Below are positions 10,176-20,514 of a stretch of DNA of 64,000 bases, one piece after another. The stretch is from an uncultured Spirochaetia bacterium (lineage in GTDB: Bacteria; Spirochaetota; Spirochaetia; SZUA-6; Bin103). The notes under the pieces were generated by a model. The model had not been told where the DNA came from, ran no database searches, and was given only the letters and a program-made list of their open reading frames with translations. The stretch covers positions 783,859 through 847,858 of the forward strand of contig CATQHW010000001.1 of NCBI GenBank assembly GCA_958296075.1, written 5' to 3'. The position numbers were made by a program, and so were the translations under genes. Positions within the stretch are counted from its first letter, which is position 1; every line of letters starts with the position of its first letter.

Positions 10176-10218
10176 GTCGATGCTACCGTTGGCGAGCAAG
10201 TATTGCAGCCAGCGCGAA
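10176..10218. repeat. About 43-bp copy of 6488..6529 (ABC exporter fragment)
   Basis: GTCGATGCTACCGTTGGCGAGCAA..ATTGCAGCCAGCGCGAA present at both sites. Confidence 0.9.
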
Positions 10219-10317
10219 CGGCATTCAGTTGTAGTACGTCCGAGCGCTCACTTCAAGTCTGGCGTCCCCGGCCGGCCACCCTCGACGGATACCGCTTTCC
10301 CAACCGAAGATCGGGCT

Positions 10318-11745
10318 ATGACCTTGACGCCGAATTTGCTGCTGGTCGTCACCGACCAGCAGGCGCGCTCCACCCTCGCCGCCTACGGCAACGACCGCAT
10401 CCGGGTGCCGCGCATGAACGCGCTGGCCGAGCGCAGCACCGTCTTTCACCGCGCCTACTGCGCGCAACCGGTGTGCGGTCCGGCGCGCGCCGCGCTCTTC
10501 AGCGGCACCTACCCGCACCGCAACGGCCAGATCACGCTGGACCGGCATCCCATGCACGACCACGTCCCGTGCCTGACCGACCTGCTCGACGACCGCTGGG
10601 CCTGCGGGTTCTTCGGCCGCAGCGGCCACCATCGCTACGCGGGCGGACCGGCGCCGCGCGCCGGCGGCATCGACGAGCTCGACTTCGACGACGGCGCGCC
10701 GGCGGCGGTGCTGCGCGCGCACGGCCTGACGCCGCAGGACGGCGTCCGCTTCGGCAAGCGGGACCGCCCCTTCATCCCCGAGCATCTGGGCGGCCCGGCC
10801 AACATCGCCACCAAGGCGTGCGACTTCATTCGCCGGCACCGCCACCGGCCGTTCGCCCTCACGCTCTGCTTCTACGAGCCGCACGACCCGCTGTCGGGAC
10901 CGTTGAACGACTTGCACCCCTTCGAACAGGTGACCCTGCCGGACAACTGGGCGCATCCTCCGGCCCCCGATCAGCCGCGCAAGGCGCTGCTGGAGCACCG
11001 GTGCGTGCTGCATCGCGGCAAGGACGGCATCGCGCTGCGATCCGAGCAGGCGTGGCGGCTGCTGATCCAGCGCTACTGGGGGCTCTGCGCGCAGGTCGAC
11101 CGCGCCCTGGGACGGGTGTTCGATCAGCTCGACGCCGCCGGCGTGAACGGCGACACGCTGGTCATCTTCACCGCCGATCACGGCGAGCTGGCCGGCAGCC
11201 ACCGGCTGTTCGGCAAGAACCTGATGTTCGAGGAGTCGATCGGCGTGCCGCTGCTGATCAGCCGGCCCGGGCAGCGCGGCGCGCGGCGCGTGCGCACGCC
11301 GGTGAACCACGTGGATATCGTGCCGACCGTGCTGGAGGAGTTGGGCATCGCCGCGCCCGACCACCTGCAGGGTACCTCGCTCACGCCGTGGCTGGACGGC
11401 GCCGAGCCGCCGGCGCGGCCCGCGTTCGTCGAGTGGACGGGCATCAACTACCTGGTCCACGACGAGCTGCGACGCGACCCGCTGCCCGGCTACCTCGCCC
11501 AGGTCACCACGCGCGAAGCCGGGCTCGCCGATCTGGCGGACACCGTGCGCTGCGTCATCGCCCCGGATGGGTGGAAGTTCTGCCTGAGCGCCGCCGGCCA
11601 ACACGAGCTGTACGATCTGAACGCCGACCCGGGCGAGACCGTCAACCTCGCCTTCCGCCCGGAACACGCCGCGCGTCGCCGCATCCTGACCGCGCGCATC
11701 CGCGACTGGCAGCGCGCCACCGGTGACACTATGCTGCCGGCATGA
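10318..11745 (+). CDS. Cys-type sulfatase
   Basis: PNLLLVVTDQ, CGPARAALFSG (CxPxR), FTADHG, ELYDLNADPGE. Confidence 0.93.
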   Translation: MTLTPNLLLVVTDQQARSTLAAYGNDRIRVPRMNALAERSTVFHRAYCAQPVCGPARAALFSGTYPHRNGQITLDRHPMHDHVPCLTDLLDDRWACGFFGRSGHHRYAGGPAPRAGGIDELDFDDGAPAAVLRAHGLTPQDGVRFGKRDRPFIPEHLGGPANIATKACDFIRRHRHRPFALTLCFYEPHDPLSGPLNDLHPFEQVTLPDNWAHPPAPDQPRKALLEHRCVLHRGKDGIALRSEQAWRLLIQRYWGLCAQVDRALGRVFDQLDAAGVNGDTLVIFTADHGELAGSHRLFGKNLMFEESIGVPLLISRPGQRGARRVRTPVNHVDIVPTVLEELGIAAPDHLQGTSLTPWLDGAEPPARPAFVEWTGINYLVHDELRRDPLPGYLAQVTTREAGLADLADTVRCVIAPDGWKFCLSAAGQHELYDLNADPGETVNLAFRPEHAARRRILTARIRDWQRATGDTMLPA

Positions 11746-12734
11746 GCAGTCCTCCGGTTCGCTTCGCACAGTTCGGCGTCGGCCACTCGCACGCGGCCGG
11801 CAAGGCGCAAGTGATGGCCGACAGCCCCGACGTGGAGTTGATCGGCGTATGGGAGCCGGACGCCGAGCGGCGCGCGGCGGCCGGCGAGCAGGCCGCGTAC
11901 GCGGGCGTGCGCTGGCTGGACGATGCCGATGAGGCGCTGTCCGACCCGGCGGTGGCGGCGGTTGCGGTGGAAGGGGACGTATTCCAGAGCGTCGCGTGGG
12001 CGCAGCGCGCGGTCGGCGCCGGCAAGCACGTGTGGCTGGACAAGCCGGCCGGCATCGACATGGAAGCGTTCCGGCAGGTGGTAGAGACCGCCCGCGAGCG
12101 CAACCTGCTGGTCCAGCTCGGCTACATGTTCCGCTACAACCCGGGCGCGCGGTTCCTGCTCGACTGGGCGCTCTCCGGACGGTTGGGAGATATCCACGCC
12201 GTGCAGGGGCACATCTCGCTGACCGGAACCCAGTCCGCGCGGGCCAAGCTGGCGCCGCTTCCCGGCGGGCCGGCGTACGAGATCCTGTGCCACGTGATCG
12301 ATCTGGTGGTGGCGCTGCTCGGGCGGCCGCGGCACGTCACCGGCATCCTGCGCGATCACGCCACATCGCTCGCCGGCGCCGTGAACAACACGGCCGTGAT
12401 CCTGGAGTACCCGCGGGCGCTGGCGTTGCTGCAGTCGACCGCCTTCGAGGTCGACCACGGCGCCCGGCGGCTGGAGGTGCACGGCACGCGCGGCTCGGTT
12501 GCGCTCGGACCCATCGAGCCGCCGTCGGTGCGGCTGACCCTGGACGCGGACCGCGACGGGTTCCGCAAGGGGCCGCAGGAGGTCGAGGTGGCGGACGAGC
12601 CGCGCTACGTGGGCAGCCTGCGGGCGATCGTCGGGGTGATCCGCGGCGAGCGCGCTCCCGACCGCTCGCACGACCATGAGTTGGCGGTGCAGGAGACGAT
12701 CCTGCGCGCCGTGCACGTGCTGCCCGAGAAATAG
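11742..12734 (+). CDS. Gfo/Idh/MocA oxidoreductase
   Basis: GVGHSH Rossmann start, GKHVWLDKP, GYMFRY. Confidence 0.9.
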   Translation: MSSPPVRFAQFGVGHSHAAGKAQVMADSPDVELIGVWEPDAERRAAAGEQAAYAGVRWLDDADEALSDPAVAAVAVEGDVFQSVAWAQRAVGAGKHVWLDKPAGIDMEAFRQVVETARERNLLVQLGYMFRYNPGARFLLDWALSGRLGDIHAVQGHISLTGTQSARAKLAPLPGGPAYEILCHVIDLVVALLGRPRHVTGILRDHATSLAGAVNNTAVILEYPRALALLQSTAFEVDHGARRLEVHGTRGSVALGPIEPPSVRLTLDADRDGFRKGPQEVEVADEPRYVGSLRAIVGVIRGERAPDRSHDHELAVQETILRAVHVLPEK

Positions 12735-12769
12735 TTCGGGGAGCAGGCCGGCTGCGCCGGTGTGCGACG

Positions 12770-13636
12770 ATGGACTTGATGTCGGCGGCCGATGAGATCG
12801 CCGCGGCGGTCGGCTCGGCGTTGGAGCGCTTTCCGAAGCTGACGTTCGCCGTTCTGTTCGGATCGGCGGCCGCCGGCCGGCTGCGGCCGGATTCGGACGT
12901 CGACGTGGCGGTCTACGGGGCATCGAGCGGAAGGCTCGAAATCGAGCAGGAACGGGAGATCGACCGGGAGACCGAAATCCAGATCGCCCTTGAGCGAGCG
13001 ACGCAGCGCAACGTGGAACTGCTGGTACTGAACCGGGCGCCGGCGACGGTGTGCGCCGCGGCGCTCACGACCGGGCGGACGGTCCTGATGAGGGACCGGG
13101 CGTTCTACACGCGCTATCTGCTCGCAGTCACCTCGGTAGCGACCGACTTCCTGCAGACCGAACGCGAGTACCGCGCGATACGCGGCCGCAGCCGGTCGCT
13201 TTCGCCGGTCGACCGAAGCCGGCTCGAACGGATCGTGGACTTCATCGACACCGAGATGGAGGACCGCGAGCGCTTCCGCGGGATCACGCAGCAGCGCTAT
13301 CGATCCGACCGCGACCTCCGGCGCAATCTCGAGCGGTGGGTAGAGACGCTGATCAGCGCCGCGCTCGACATCGGCAAGGTGGTGCTGTCCGCCGGCGGCC
13401 GGCCGGTTCCGTACACCTACGGTCAGATCCTCGCGGAGTTGGAAACGGTGCCCGGCTTCACCGGACTGGCCGGACGCCTGCAGCCGCTGGCAGCGCTGCG
13501 CAATCTATTGGCGCACGAGTACCTTGACCTGCGCTTCGGCCGCGTGGCGCGATTCGTGGCAGAAGGAGCGCCAGCCGTCGGCGAGCTTGCGCGGCTCGCT
13601 CGCGCATGGACCCGCCAGGACGAGTCCGGACCGTAG
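12770..13636 (+). CDS. Fused MNT nucleotidyltransferase and HEPN (DUF86/HepT-like) protein
   Basis: GS-x10-DVD and RNLLAHEY (Rx4HxY) in one ORF. Confidence 0.88.
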   Translation: MDLMSAADEIAAAVGSALERFPKLTFAVLFGSAAAGRLRPDSDVDVAVYGASSGRLEIEQEREIDRETEIQIALERATQRNVELLVLNRAPATVCAAALTTGRTVLMRDRAFYTRYLLAVTSVATDFLQTEREYRAIRGRSRSLSPVDRSRLERIVDFIDTEMEDRERFRGITQQRYRSDRDLRRNLERWVETLISAALDIGKVVLSAGGRPVPYTYGQILAELETVPGFTGLAGRLQPLAALRNLLAHEYLDLRFGRVARFVAEGAPAVGELARLARAWTRQDESGP

Positions 13637-13642
13637 ACCGGC

Positions 13643-13839
13643 GGCGGCCACGTCCACGCACCCGGTCGTGAAGTCGAAATCGTCGACGGACGTGGCGGAG
13701 GGCGCGAATGAGGCCGGCGTCGTCACATGCGGTCTATCGTACCGTGTAGGTGCCCTGCGCGTTCGCCAGCGCTTGGGGGAATTCGGCTTCGTCGAAGATC
13801 AGCCGGAAGGTGCCCTTCACGGGGCCGTCACGGACCTGC
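13643..13839. repeat. About 197-bp imperfect direct repeat of 20079..20275 (Res 3' end plus phyH 5' end)
   Basis: Aligned by eye; scattered substitutions. Confidence 0.92.
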
Positions 13840-15431
13840 ATCCGGCCCACGTTGAAGGCCTGCTCAAGCGTTTTCAGCACCTTGCGCTTGTAGACGGTGT
13901 CCGGGTTGTCACGCAGGTGTTCGCCCTTGGTCTCGAACACCAGCAGGTGCGGCTTGCCGGCGCTCGCACCCGCCATGGCGATGAAATCGGGATAGATGCG
14001 CTCCCGCCGCCAGCCGCGCAGGTGGTACTCGCCCTGCTGGCGTACGGCCACCCGGTGCCACCAGCGCAGCGCCTTCTGTTCGTCCAGGTAGTACGCGAAG
14101 CGCCGCTCCAGCTCGCTGTCGAACTGGCGTTCGAATACCGGCTCGAACAGATTGAGCTGCACCGGTTGGCCGAGCCGCTGCAGGCTCCGGTCGGACTCCG
14201 CCACCGGCAGCTCGTAGCTCTCGCGCATCCGGTAGCGGGGTACGCCGGCGTCCAGATCGAAGCGGATCTCCGATTGCAACAGTTTGTCGTTGAACACCCG
14301 TTCCGCCATCCGTTCCACGCCGTCGATCACCGCTTCCCGCAGCGCATAGGCGAGATGGGACCGGCGGTCGTAGATGCCGGCTCCCTCCGCGCCCGTGTCC
14401 CGTAGTCGTTCCAGCAGGCGGCCGGCGATGCCGGCGGCGTGCCACGGGTTGGGCACCACATCGGCCAACCGGCGCACGAAGTAGGACAGTCGCACGCTCT
14501 TGTCGACCGGGAGGTCCCAGGATGCTCCCGGCGCGGCAACCGCCGCGCCCGCGCCTGCGCCGACGTCCACGGTCGCCGTCTCCCGCCGGGCGGCGACCGG
14601 CAGCGAGTCGGCCGGGTCCGGCGGTTCGATCCGCTCCCAGGCGATGGCCGGCAGGATGTCGCGATGGTAGTCGAGGTGGCGCCAGCCGGCGCCGTCCCGG
14701 TGCAGCACCTTGGGCAGGAAGATGTCGGTGCCGCGGAACCGGTCCCGTCGCCGCACCTCCACGAGTTGCAACTCGCCGCCGCTCGCCGTCACCTCGTCGC
14801 CGAGGCCGGTCAGCCCCTCCTGTTCCAGCCCCTGCTTGATCTGCTGCACTGCGGCGGCCACGTCCATGTTCAGGCAATGGACCGCGCACCGATCCAGCCG
14901 CTCCCGCCCGGTGCGGCGCGCGTGCGGCTGGCGCATGACCCGCCCCACCAACTGGGTGAGCGCGCGCTGCGCCCGCGTCGTGTCCAGCATCACCAGCAGG
15001 TAGGCGAACGAACAGTCCCATCCCTCCATCAGCGCCGCGCGGGTGATGATCCAGCGCACCGGCGAGTACTCGGAGAGCAGGTCCTCCTTCCCCAGCTCGT
15101 CGTTCTCGGCGGATTTCACCCGCACCGCGTCGCCGGGAACGCCGAGGTTGCGGGTCAGGTACTCGCGCACGTCTTCGGCGTGGATGCGTTCGCCGTCGCG
15201 CTGATCCTTGCCGGTGCGCTCCACCCGCACCACGGCGATCGGCCGGATGTAGCGCCCCTCGCTCATCTGCAGCGACTCCGCTTCGACGCGCAGCCGGTCC
15301 AGTTCCTCGGCCGCCTCGCCGAGCACGTGCTGCCATTCGGCGTTGGTGAACGACTCCACCCGCACCGGCAGCTTGATCATCTCCTCCTGCTTCAGATCGA
15401 CGCCGGAGATGTCGACCAGCAGGTTGCTGAT

Positions 15432-16273
15432 CTCCGACCTCCTCCAAGCCGCTCAGCGAAGGATCAAGGAACAGAACGCTCTGATCGAGAAGCTCCAGCA
15501 AGAGCTCGAAGAGTTTGGGGTTGGGCACAAAAAAGGAGCCATGCCAGAAGCATGGCCCCTCTCAGACGTGCTCGATCGACTATTGGAAGCCCACGAGACT
15601 TCCACCTACGCCAACCTGACGCAGTACCTACACCGTCATCGCTTCGGCTCCCACACAGGCGGACAGGGAACCGCTCCCAAGAAGAAGATGTCGGCCAACG
15701 AAGTCGGCCACTACCTCATGCGCCGCCGGAGCGGTCCTCGGAAGCACGTCAACCAAGGTTGAGGAAGTCCGGAATCATCTCGATGAGCTTCTCAGCTCCC
15801 TTCCCGGCAAGCCTCGGAAGCACATCGAACGAAAGCTTCTTTCCCCCCTTCTCCGAGAAGTTTTTCCGAACCACTGACACGATGCGGATTCCGTAACTGG
15901 GGAACTCGATCCCCTGGTCCGTAATCGCTGTTGACACGATCTCGTAACCGTCACTCGTCGCTTCGCTCAGGATTCTCGCATGATGGTCACTTGCCCGCAC
16001 CATCTTGGCCTTCTTCTTCTTCAGATACTCGTAGTCGATGAAAGTCTTCGTGCCTTCCTCAGAGATTGTGAACTGCTGATTCACAGTATCTATGATGATA
16101 GGCTTACCGTCTTCTCCGACCAAGTGATCGAAGCTGTCTATGACTCTGACATCTGACGACACTACCGTCTCGCTCATCGTATTCCCCTTCATTTGCAAGC
16201 ACCCCGCTTGCTCATCCAGAATTGACGTCACACCTCTCTGATGTGACCGCGCACCACGCGGAGATTCTACTAC
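15432..16273. mobile_element. 842-bp lower-GC foreign fragment inside the Res gene, flanked by duplicated AT
   Basis: Removing 15432..16275 gives in-frame SATPNRSISNLLVDISG. Confidence 0.85.
15749..16177 (-). CDS. Hypothetical protein within the insert
   Basis: 142 aa; purine-rich RBS GAAGGGG; codon usage unlike the host. Confidence 0.7.
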   Translation of the reverse strand: MSETVVSSDVRVIDSFDHLVGEDGKPIIIDTVNQQFTISEEGTKTFIDYEYLKKKKAKMVRASDHHARILSEATSDGYEIVSTAITDQGIEFPSYGIRIVSVVRKNFSEKGGKKLSFDVLPRLAGKGAEKLIEMIPDFLNLG

Positions 16274-17140
16274 ATGCTGCGGTTCGGGGTGGCCGACAAC
16301 TCGATCACCAGACTCGGGTCCAGGCGGTTGATCGAGCGCACGAACTCCTGCGCCGCGGCCGCCTTGCCGTACGCCTTGTGAGCTTCGTCCAGCACCACCA
16401 CCGGACGCAGCAGCTTGAACACGTTGAACAGACTGTGCTTGACCGGACCGCCCTCCGAGGTGCATTCCAGGTCCGGGTAGTCGTGCAGCAGACGGCCGTC
16501 GCCAAGCACGTCGTCGCTGTCGGGAAACAGCGTCGGGTAGCGCCCCGAGTCGCGGAACATGCGCAGGAACTCCTTGCCCTTCTGACGGTTGGCGGCCGGC
16601 AGCATGAGCAGCATCACGCACAGGTAGTGGGCGACGTCGGCGGCGGTAAACGGGTCGTCCTTCTCCAACATCTTGACGCGCCCGCCGCTGGCCCGCTCCA
16701 GCATCTGGCGGTACGGATGTTCGCGGTTATAGAGCGCGATCCTGGTCTGCTGATAGATGGCGCGGGTGGGGGTGATCCACAGGGTGAGGCCGGCGGGCCG
16801 GTTCAGCCGTTCCAGCGCCGCCGCGGCGAGCAGCGTCTTGCCGTCGCCGGTGGGCACCTTGAAGCAGGCGTGCGGGATGGGAAAGCCGGCATCCGCGGTG
16901 CGCTCGGCGTAGTTCCCGCTGCCGCCGGCGACGCCGCCGGCCTGCGCCAGCTTCCCCCACGCCGACTTGGGGTAGTTGCGCAGGTCTGCGGGAACGTCCA
17001 CCCCCGCCTGCCGCAGCGCTTCGGTCCCGGCGGCGGACTCCCGGCGCGCCTCGCCGAGAGCGGCCAACCAGCGGCTGAACGCTTCCAGCGCGCGCGTCTG
17101 ATATTCCTTCAGTTCCATCTTCTTGCGCCGCGTTTCCCGG

Positions 17141-17255
17141 TCATTCCACCCGGCTGGACAACTCGTAGGGGAGCTGGCAGAAGGTGATGCCCCAGGCCGA
17201 CAGTTCGCGCTGGCCGATGTACTTGGCGGCGGCGAACACCACCGCCTTGCGGTAA
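17141..17255 (-). pseudogene. C-terminal remnant of the cognate DNA methyltransferase (Mod)
   Basis: RKAVVFAAAKYIGQRELSAWGITFCQLPYEL directly upstream of res; resembles Mod C-termini. Confidence 0.65.
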
Positions 17256-17266
17256 CAAAGCGGTGC

Positions 17267-17327
17267 GAGCGGCCGGCCGGTCAACCGCATGACCGACACG
17301 GTGATGGTGATCCGCCTCGACTTCGCC
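17267..17327 (+). repeat. 61-bp copy of the fucosidase 3' end (22517..22577)
   Basis: 3 mismatches. Confidence 0.92.
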
Positions 17328-17400
17328 AGCGCCGACCACAGGCCGGCGTCAGCTTGCACGCAGAAGCGTGTATCGTCATACTACTCGCGGATGTTCCCGA

Positions 17401-17943
17401 ATGATTGAGCATAACAGCGAAACCCTGATTACCTCGCCAGTCCGGTCTCTTGAGCCAAGCAGAGGGCAGCCCTCGCTCCGCGTTTATCAACCTCCGCCAA
17501 GAATCGAGGCTAATTTCAACGCTCGCGATCCCAATTCATCCGAAGGATATTCTCAGACTGAGATTGAAGTGGGCCGTCCGTATGTTCAGCAGGATATTCC
17601 GCTTCCGCAGCCGCGCAGCAGCTTTCGCACGCTCCAAGCCTGGGAAGGAGTCGTTACCGCCGTGGGAGGACAATCCTTCTCGGTCAAGCTCATGGATTTG
17701 TCTGGTGATGGACCGGACGAAGAAGCCGAAATCGACTCTGAAGACGTAAGCGCTGATGAACGAGCGCTCATAACGGTCGGAGCGGTCTTTCTATTACACG
17801 TCGGCTACGCGACCAGCGAGGGCGGGCAACGTAGCCGGACTTCGATTCTGCGGTTTCGACGCCTCTCCGTATGGACCGACGCGGAGCTGTCAAGCGCCAG
17901 GAAAACTGCTCAGGAGCAGGCAGACACGATACGTTGGAAGTAG
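17401..17943 (+). CDS. Hypothetical protein (lower GC, defence-island context)
   Basis: Open frame 17368/17401..17943. Confidence 0.7.
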   Translation: MIEHNSETLITSPVRSLEPSRGQPSLRVYQPPPRIEANFNARDPNSSEGYSQTEIEVGRPYVQQDIPLPQPRSSFRTLQAWEGVVTAVGGQSFSVKLMDLSGDGPDEEAEIDSEDVSADERALITVGAVFLLHVGYATSEGGQRSRTSILRFRRLSVWTDAELSSARKTAQEQADTIRWK

Positions 17944-18017
17944 CACCACCTGATCCGAACGAGTTCGAGTTTACGCATCCCGGCTTCGCATGACTCCGGA
18001 GAGAACGCACGCGCGAT

Positions 18018-19169
18018 CTACCGAATCGACTTCGCCAGATGCGGTATCATCGCCGCCGGCAGTACGGTGATCCGGTCGTCCAGCGGGTAGGTCTCGTCAC
18101 CCGGATACAGAACCCAGAGGTGGTCCAGCCCCAGGTCGGCCAGCGCGACATGCATCGAACGCGTTACGCCGGGTGCGTCGGCGAGCTTGCACTCGAACCC
18201 GTGGCGCTTGCCGCGGCGTTCGATCAACAGGTCGAGTTCGGCGCCGCCGTGCGTGGCCCAGTAGTGGGCGTGGCCGGCGTCCAGCGCGGCGAGCACCTGT
18301 TCGATCGCGAATCCTTCGAATGACGCGCCGACCTTGGGATGGCCGGCAAGCTCATCCTCCTCGGTCACGCCCAGCAGCGTGTGCAACAATCCAGTGTCGC
18401 GCAGATAGACCTTCGGCGCCTTCACCTGCCGTTTCTTGAGGTTCGCGAACCACGGCGGCAGCACCCGCACCATGAACACGCCGGCGAGAATGTCCAGGTA
18501 GCGACGCGCCGTCGCTTGCGTAGCGCCGATCGACCGGGCGAACTCCGCGCCGTTCCAGACTTGGCCGTGATAGTGGGCGATCATGGTCCAGAAGCGGCGC
18601 AGCGTCTCCGCCGGGACCGAGATGCCGAGCTGCGGGATGTCCCGCTCCAGGAAGGTGCGCACGAAGTTGTCGCGCCACAGCGCCGACGCCGCCCGGTCGG
18701 GAGCCAGATAGGCGCGCGGAAAGCCCCCGCGCAGCCAGAGCTCGCGCCATGCCGCGCTCCCCACCTCGCCCAACTCGAATCCGCCAAGATCGACCAGCCC
18801 CACGCGCCCGGCAAGCGATTCGGAGACGCCCTTCACCAGCGCCGGCGAGGCGCTGCCGAGCAGCAGGAAGCGCGCCTGGTTGTGCGGCCGGTCCACCAGC
18901 ACGCGCAACGTCTCGAAGAGCGCCGGGATGCGTTGGACTTCGTCGATCACGACCAGGTCCGTGAGGCGTCCGAGGGTCTGCTCGGGCGCCGTCAGACGCC
19001 GGCGGTCGACGACGGCCTCCAGATCGAAGTACGTGCTGCGCGGCGCTTGCGCCGCCAAGTGGCGGGCGAGCGTGGTCTTCCCGCACTGCCGCGGGCCGGT
19101 CAGAGCGACGATCGGATGAACCGAGAACGCGGCGCGGACGCGGGCGACCGGGCCGGGCCGGGAGATCAT
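18018..19169 (-). CDS. AAA+ ATPase with DUF4143 domain
   Basis: GPRQCGKT, IDEVQ, GSAS, GGFP, KAPKVYLRDTG, ELDLL..FECK. Confidence 0.92.
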   Translation of the reverse strand: MISRPGPVARVRAAFSVHPIVALTGPRQCGKTTLARHLAAQAPRSTYFDLEAVVDRRRLTAPEQTLGRLTDLVVIDEVQRIPALFETLRVLVDRPHNQARFLLLGSASPALVKGVSESLAGRVGLVDLGGFELGEVGSAAWRELWLRGGFPRAYLAPDRAASALWRDNFVRTFLERDIPQLGISVPAETLRRFWTMIAHYHGQVWNGAEFARSIGATQATARRYLDILAGVFMVRVLPPWFANLKKRQVKAPKVYLRDTGLLHTLLGVTEEDELAGHPKVGASFEGFAIEQVLAALDAGHAHYWATHGGAELDLLIERRGKRHGFECKLADAPGVTRSMHVALADLGLDHLWVLYPGDETYPLDDRITVLPAAMIPHLAKSIR

Positions 19170-19183
19170 CAGCCCAAGGATGT

Positions 19184-19222
19184 TCCTTGAAAATCGATAG
19201 GTCAACTACCGATTTTCAAGGA
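19184..19222. promoter_or_regulatory. Perfect 13-bp inverted repeat over the likely promoter of the AAA-DUF4143 gene
   Basis: TCCTTGAAAATCG-N13-CGATTTTCAAGGA; minus strand reads TTGACC-N17-CATCCT-N7-ATG. Confidence 0.75.
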
Positions 19223-19250
19223 TGTCTGGCCGAGCTCCTCTCCCTTGGGT

Positions 19251-20162
19251 TCACGGCCGGCTGTGGTAGCGGCGGATGCCGCGCACCATCAAGCCCCAGT
19301 CCTCCTCGGTCTTTTCGGTGATCGGCGCCCGTTCGGCGCGCTGCCGGTCGGCGACGTTGGCCACGTCGATCACGCAGAAGTCATCCGCGCGGCGATAGCG
19401 CTGGATGAACACCGGCCGCGGCCGATCCGAGCGGTTGTCCGGCGAGCCGTGGATCGTGCAGGTGTGAAAGATCACCGCATCGCCGGCCCGGCCCTCCACC
19501 GGCACGGCCCGCTCCCACCAGACCGGATCGTCGAGCGCGAAGCCGGCCCAGCGGTCATCCTGATGCCGGATCAGCCCCAGCCTGTGCGAACCCGGCACCA
19601 CGAACAGCGGCGCGTTGCCCCTGTCGACGTCGACCGCGTAGCTGAGCACCGCCGTCGGGCTCTGCAGTCGGTGCTCGAAGTAGTAGCCGTCCTGATGCAG
19701 CGACTTGGGCACCCCGGTCCGGGGCTGCTTGTAGACGCACTGGCCCCACTTCCACAGCTCGATGTCGTGTCCGATCAGCGCCGCCAGCAGCTCCAACAGC
19801 TCCGGGTTGACCAGCGAACGCAGGAAGGCTCCCGAGATCATGGCGTTGAGGCGCAACGTGTTGACCACCATGCGGCCCGGATCGCCGGGGTCGGGATTGA
19901 ACAGCGTGCCGTCCGGCGTCATCACCGCGTTGGCGTGATGCTTCGCAGCGGCCGCCTCCGGGAGCAACGCCTGGCTCTGTTCCAGGATCGCCTCCATGTC
20001 CTGCAGCAGGTCGGGCACGTACGCGCTCGACAACCCGCGGACCACCACGGCGCCGTGCCGGCGATACGCCGCCGCCATGGCGGCCACGTCCACGCGCCCG
20101 GCCGTGAAGTCGAAGCCGTCGACGGACGTGGCGGAGGGCGCGAATGAGGCCGGCGTCATCAT
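19251..20162 (-). CDS. PhyH family dioxygenase
   Basis: LHQDGYY, VVPGSH, HTCTIHGS. Confidence 0.9.
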   Translation of the reverse strand: MMTPASFAPSATSVDGFDFTAGRVDVAAMAAAYRRHGAVVVRGLSSAYVPDLLQDMEAILEQSQALLPEAAAAKHHANAVMTPDGTLFNPDPGDPGRMVVNTLRLNAMISGAFLRSLVNPELLELLAALIGHDIELWKWGQCVYKQPRTGVPKSLHQDGYYFEHRLQSPTAVLSYAVDVDRGNAPLFVVPGSHRLGLIRHQDDRWAGFALDDPVWWERAVPVEGRAGDAVIFHTCTIHGSPDNRSDRPRPVFIQRYRRADDFCVIDVANVADRQRAERAPITEKTEEDWGLMVRGIRRYHSRP

Positions 20163-20514
20163 ATGCGGTCTATCGTACCGTATAGGTGTCCCGCGCGTTC
20201 GCGAGCGCATGGGAAACTCGGCTTCGTTGAAGATCAGCCGGAAGGTGCCCTTCGCGGAGCCGTCACGGATCCTGCTACCTGCGGCCACGCCGGGATCGCG
20301 TACAGCAGGCGACAGCGAGGCGCCTTGAGCCGTTCGTGGTTCTGCGGCATCCTGGGGCGCGGACGGCTCGACAGCATGCCGCATCACCGACGATCCCTCA
20401 AAGGCCGTAGGACCCACCCAACCCAGTACGGACTCGGCCCGCGCGGCGACCATGTGATCGGCCGCGTCGCTTGGTCCGGCCCGCCGCGAGCTTCAGCACG
20501 ATCGGAGGAGGAGG

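Larger units (their letters stand above)
13734..17118 (-). pseudogene. Type III-like restriction endonuclease Res subunit, split by an insertion
   Basis: N part 16270..17118 has PTGDGKT (atypical Walker A), DEAH and SAT; C part has EGWD, QLVGRVMR and YPDF..ETKG nuclease motif. Confidence 0.9.

Noticed and set aside
6898-11018. Diversity-generating retroelement TR/VR pair
   Set aside because: Mismatches are mixed transitions plus an indel, not adenine-specific, and no reverse transcriptase is in the window.
15430-16265. ATCTCCG / CGGAGAT as terminal inverted repeats of insert B
   Set aside because: Only 7 bp long and offset from the right junction; likely chance.
15432-16273. Intein or self-splicing intron in res
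   Set aside because: An immediate in-frame stop, no intein terminal residues, no group II GUGYG/AY boundaries and no RT or homing endonuclease motifs.
17935-17993. Possible 5' stub of a downstream partner gene (LEVAPPDPNEFEFT)
   Set aside because: Too short to assign a family from sequence alone.
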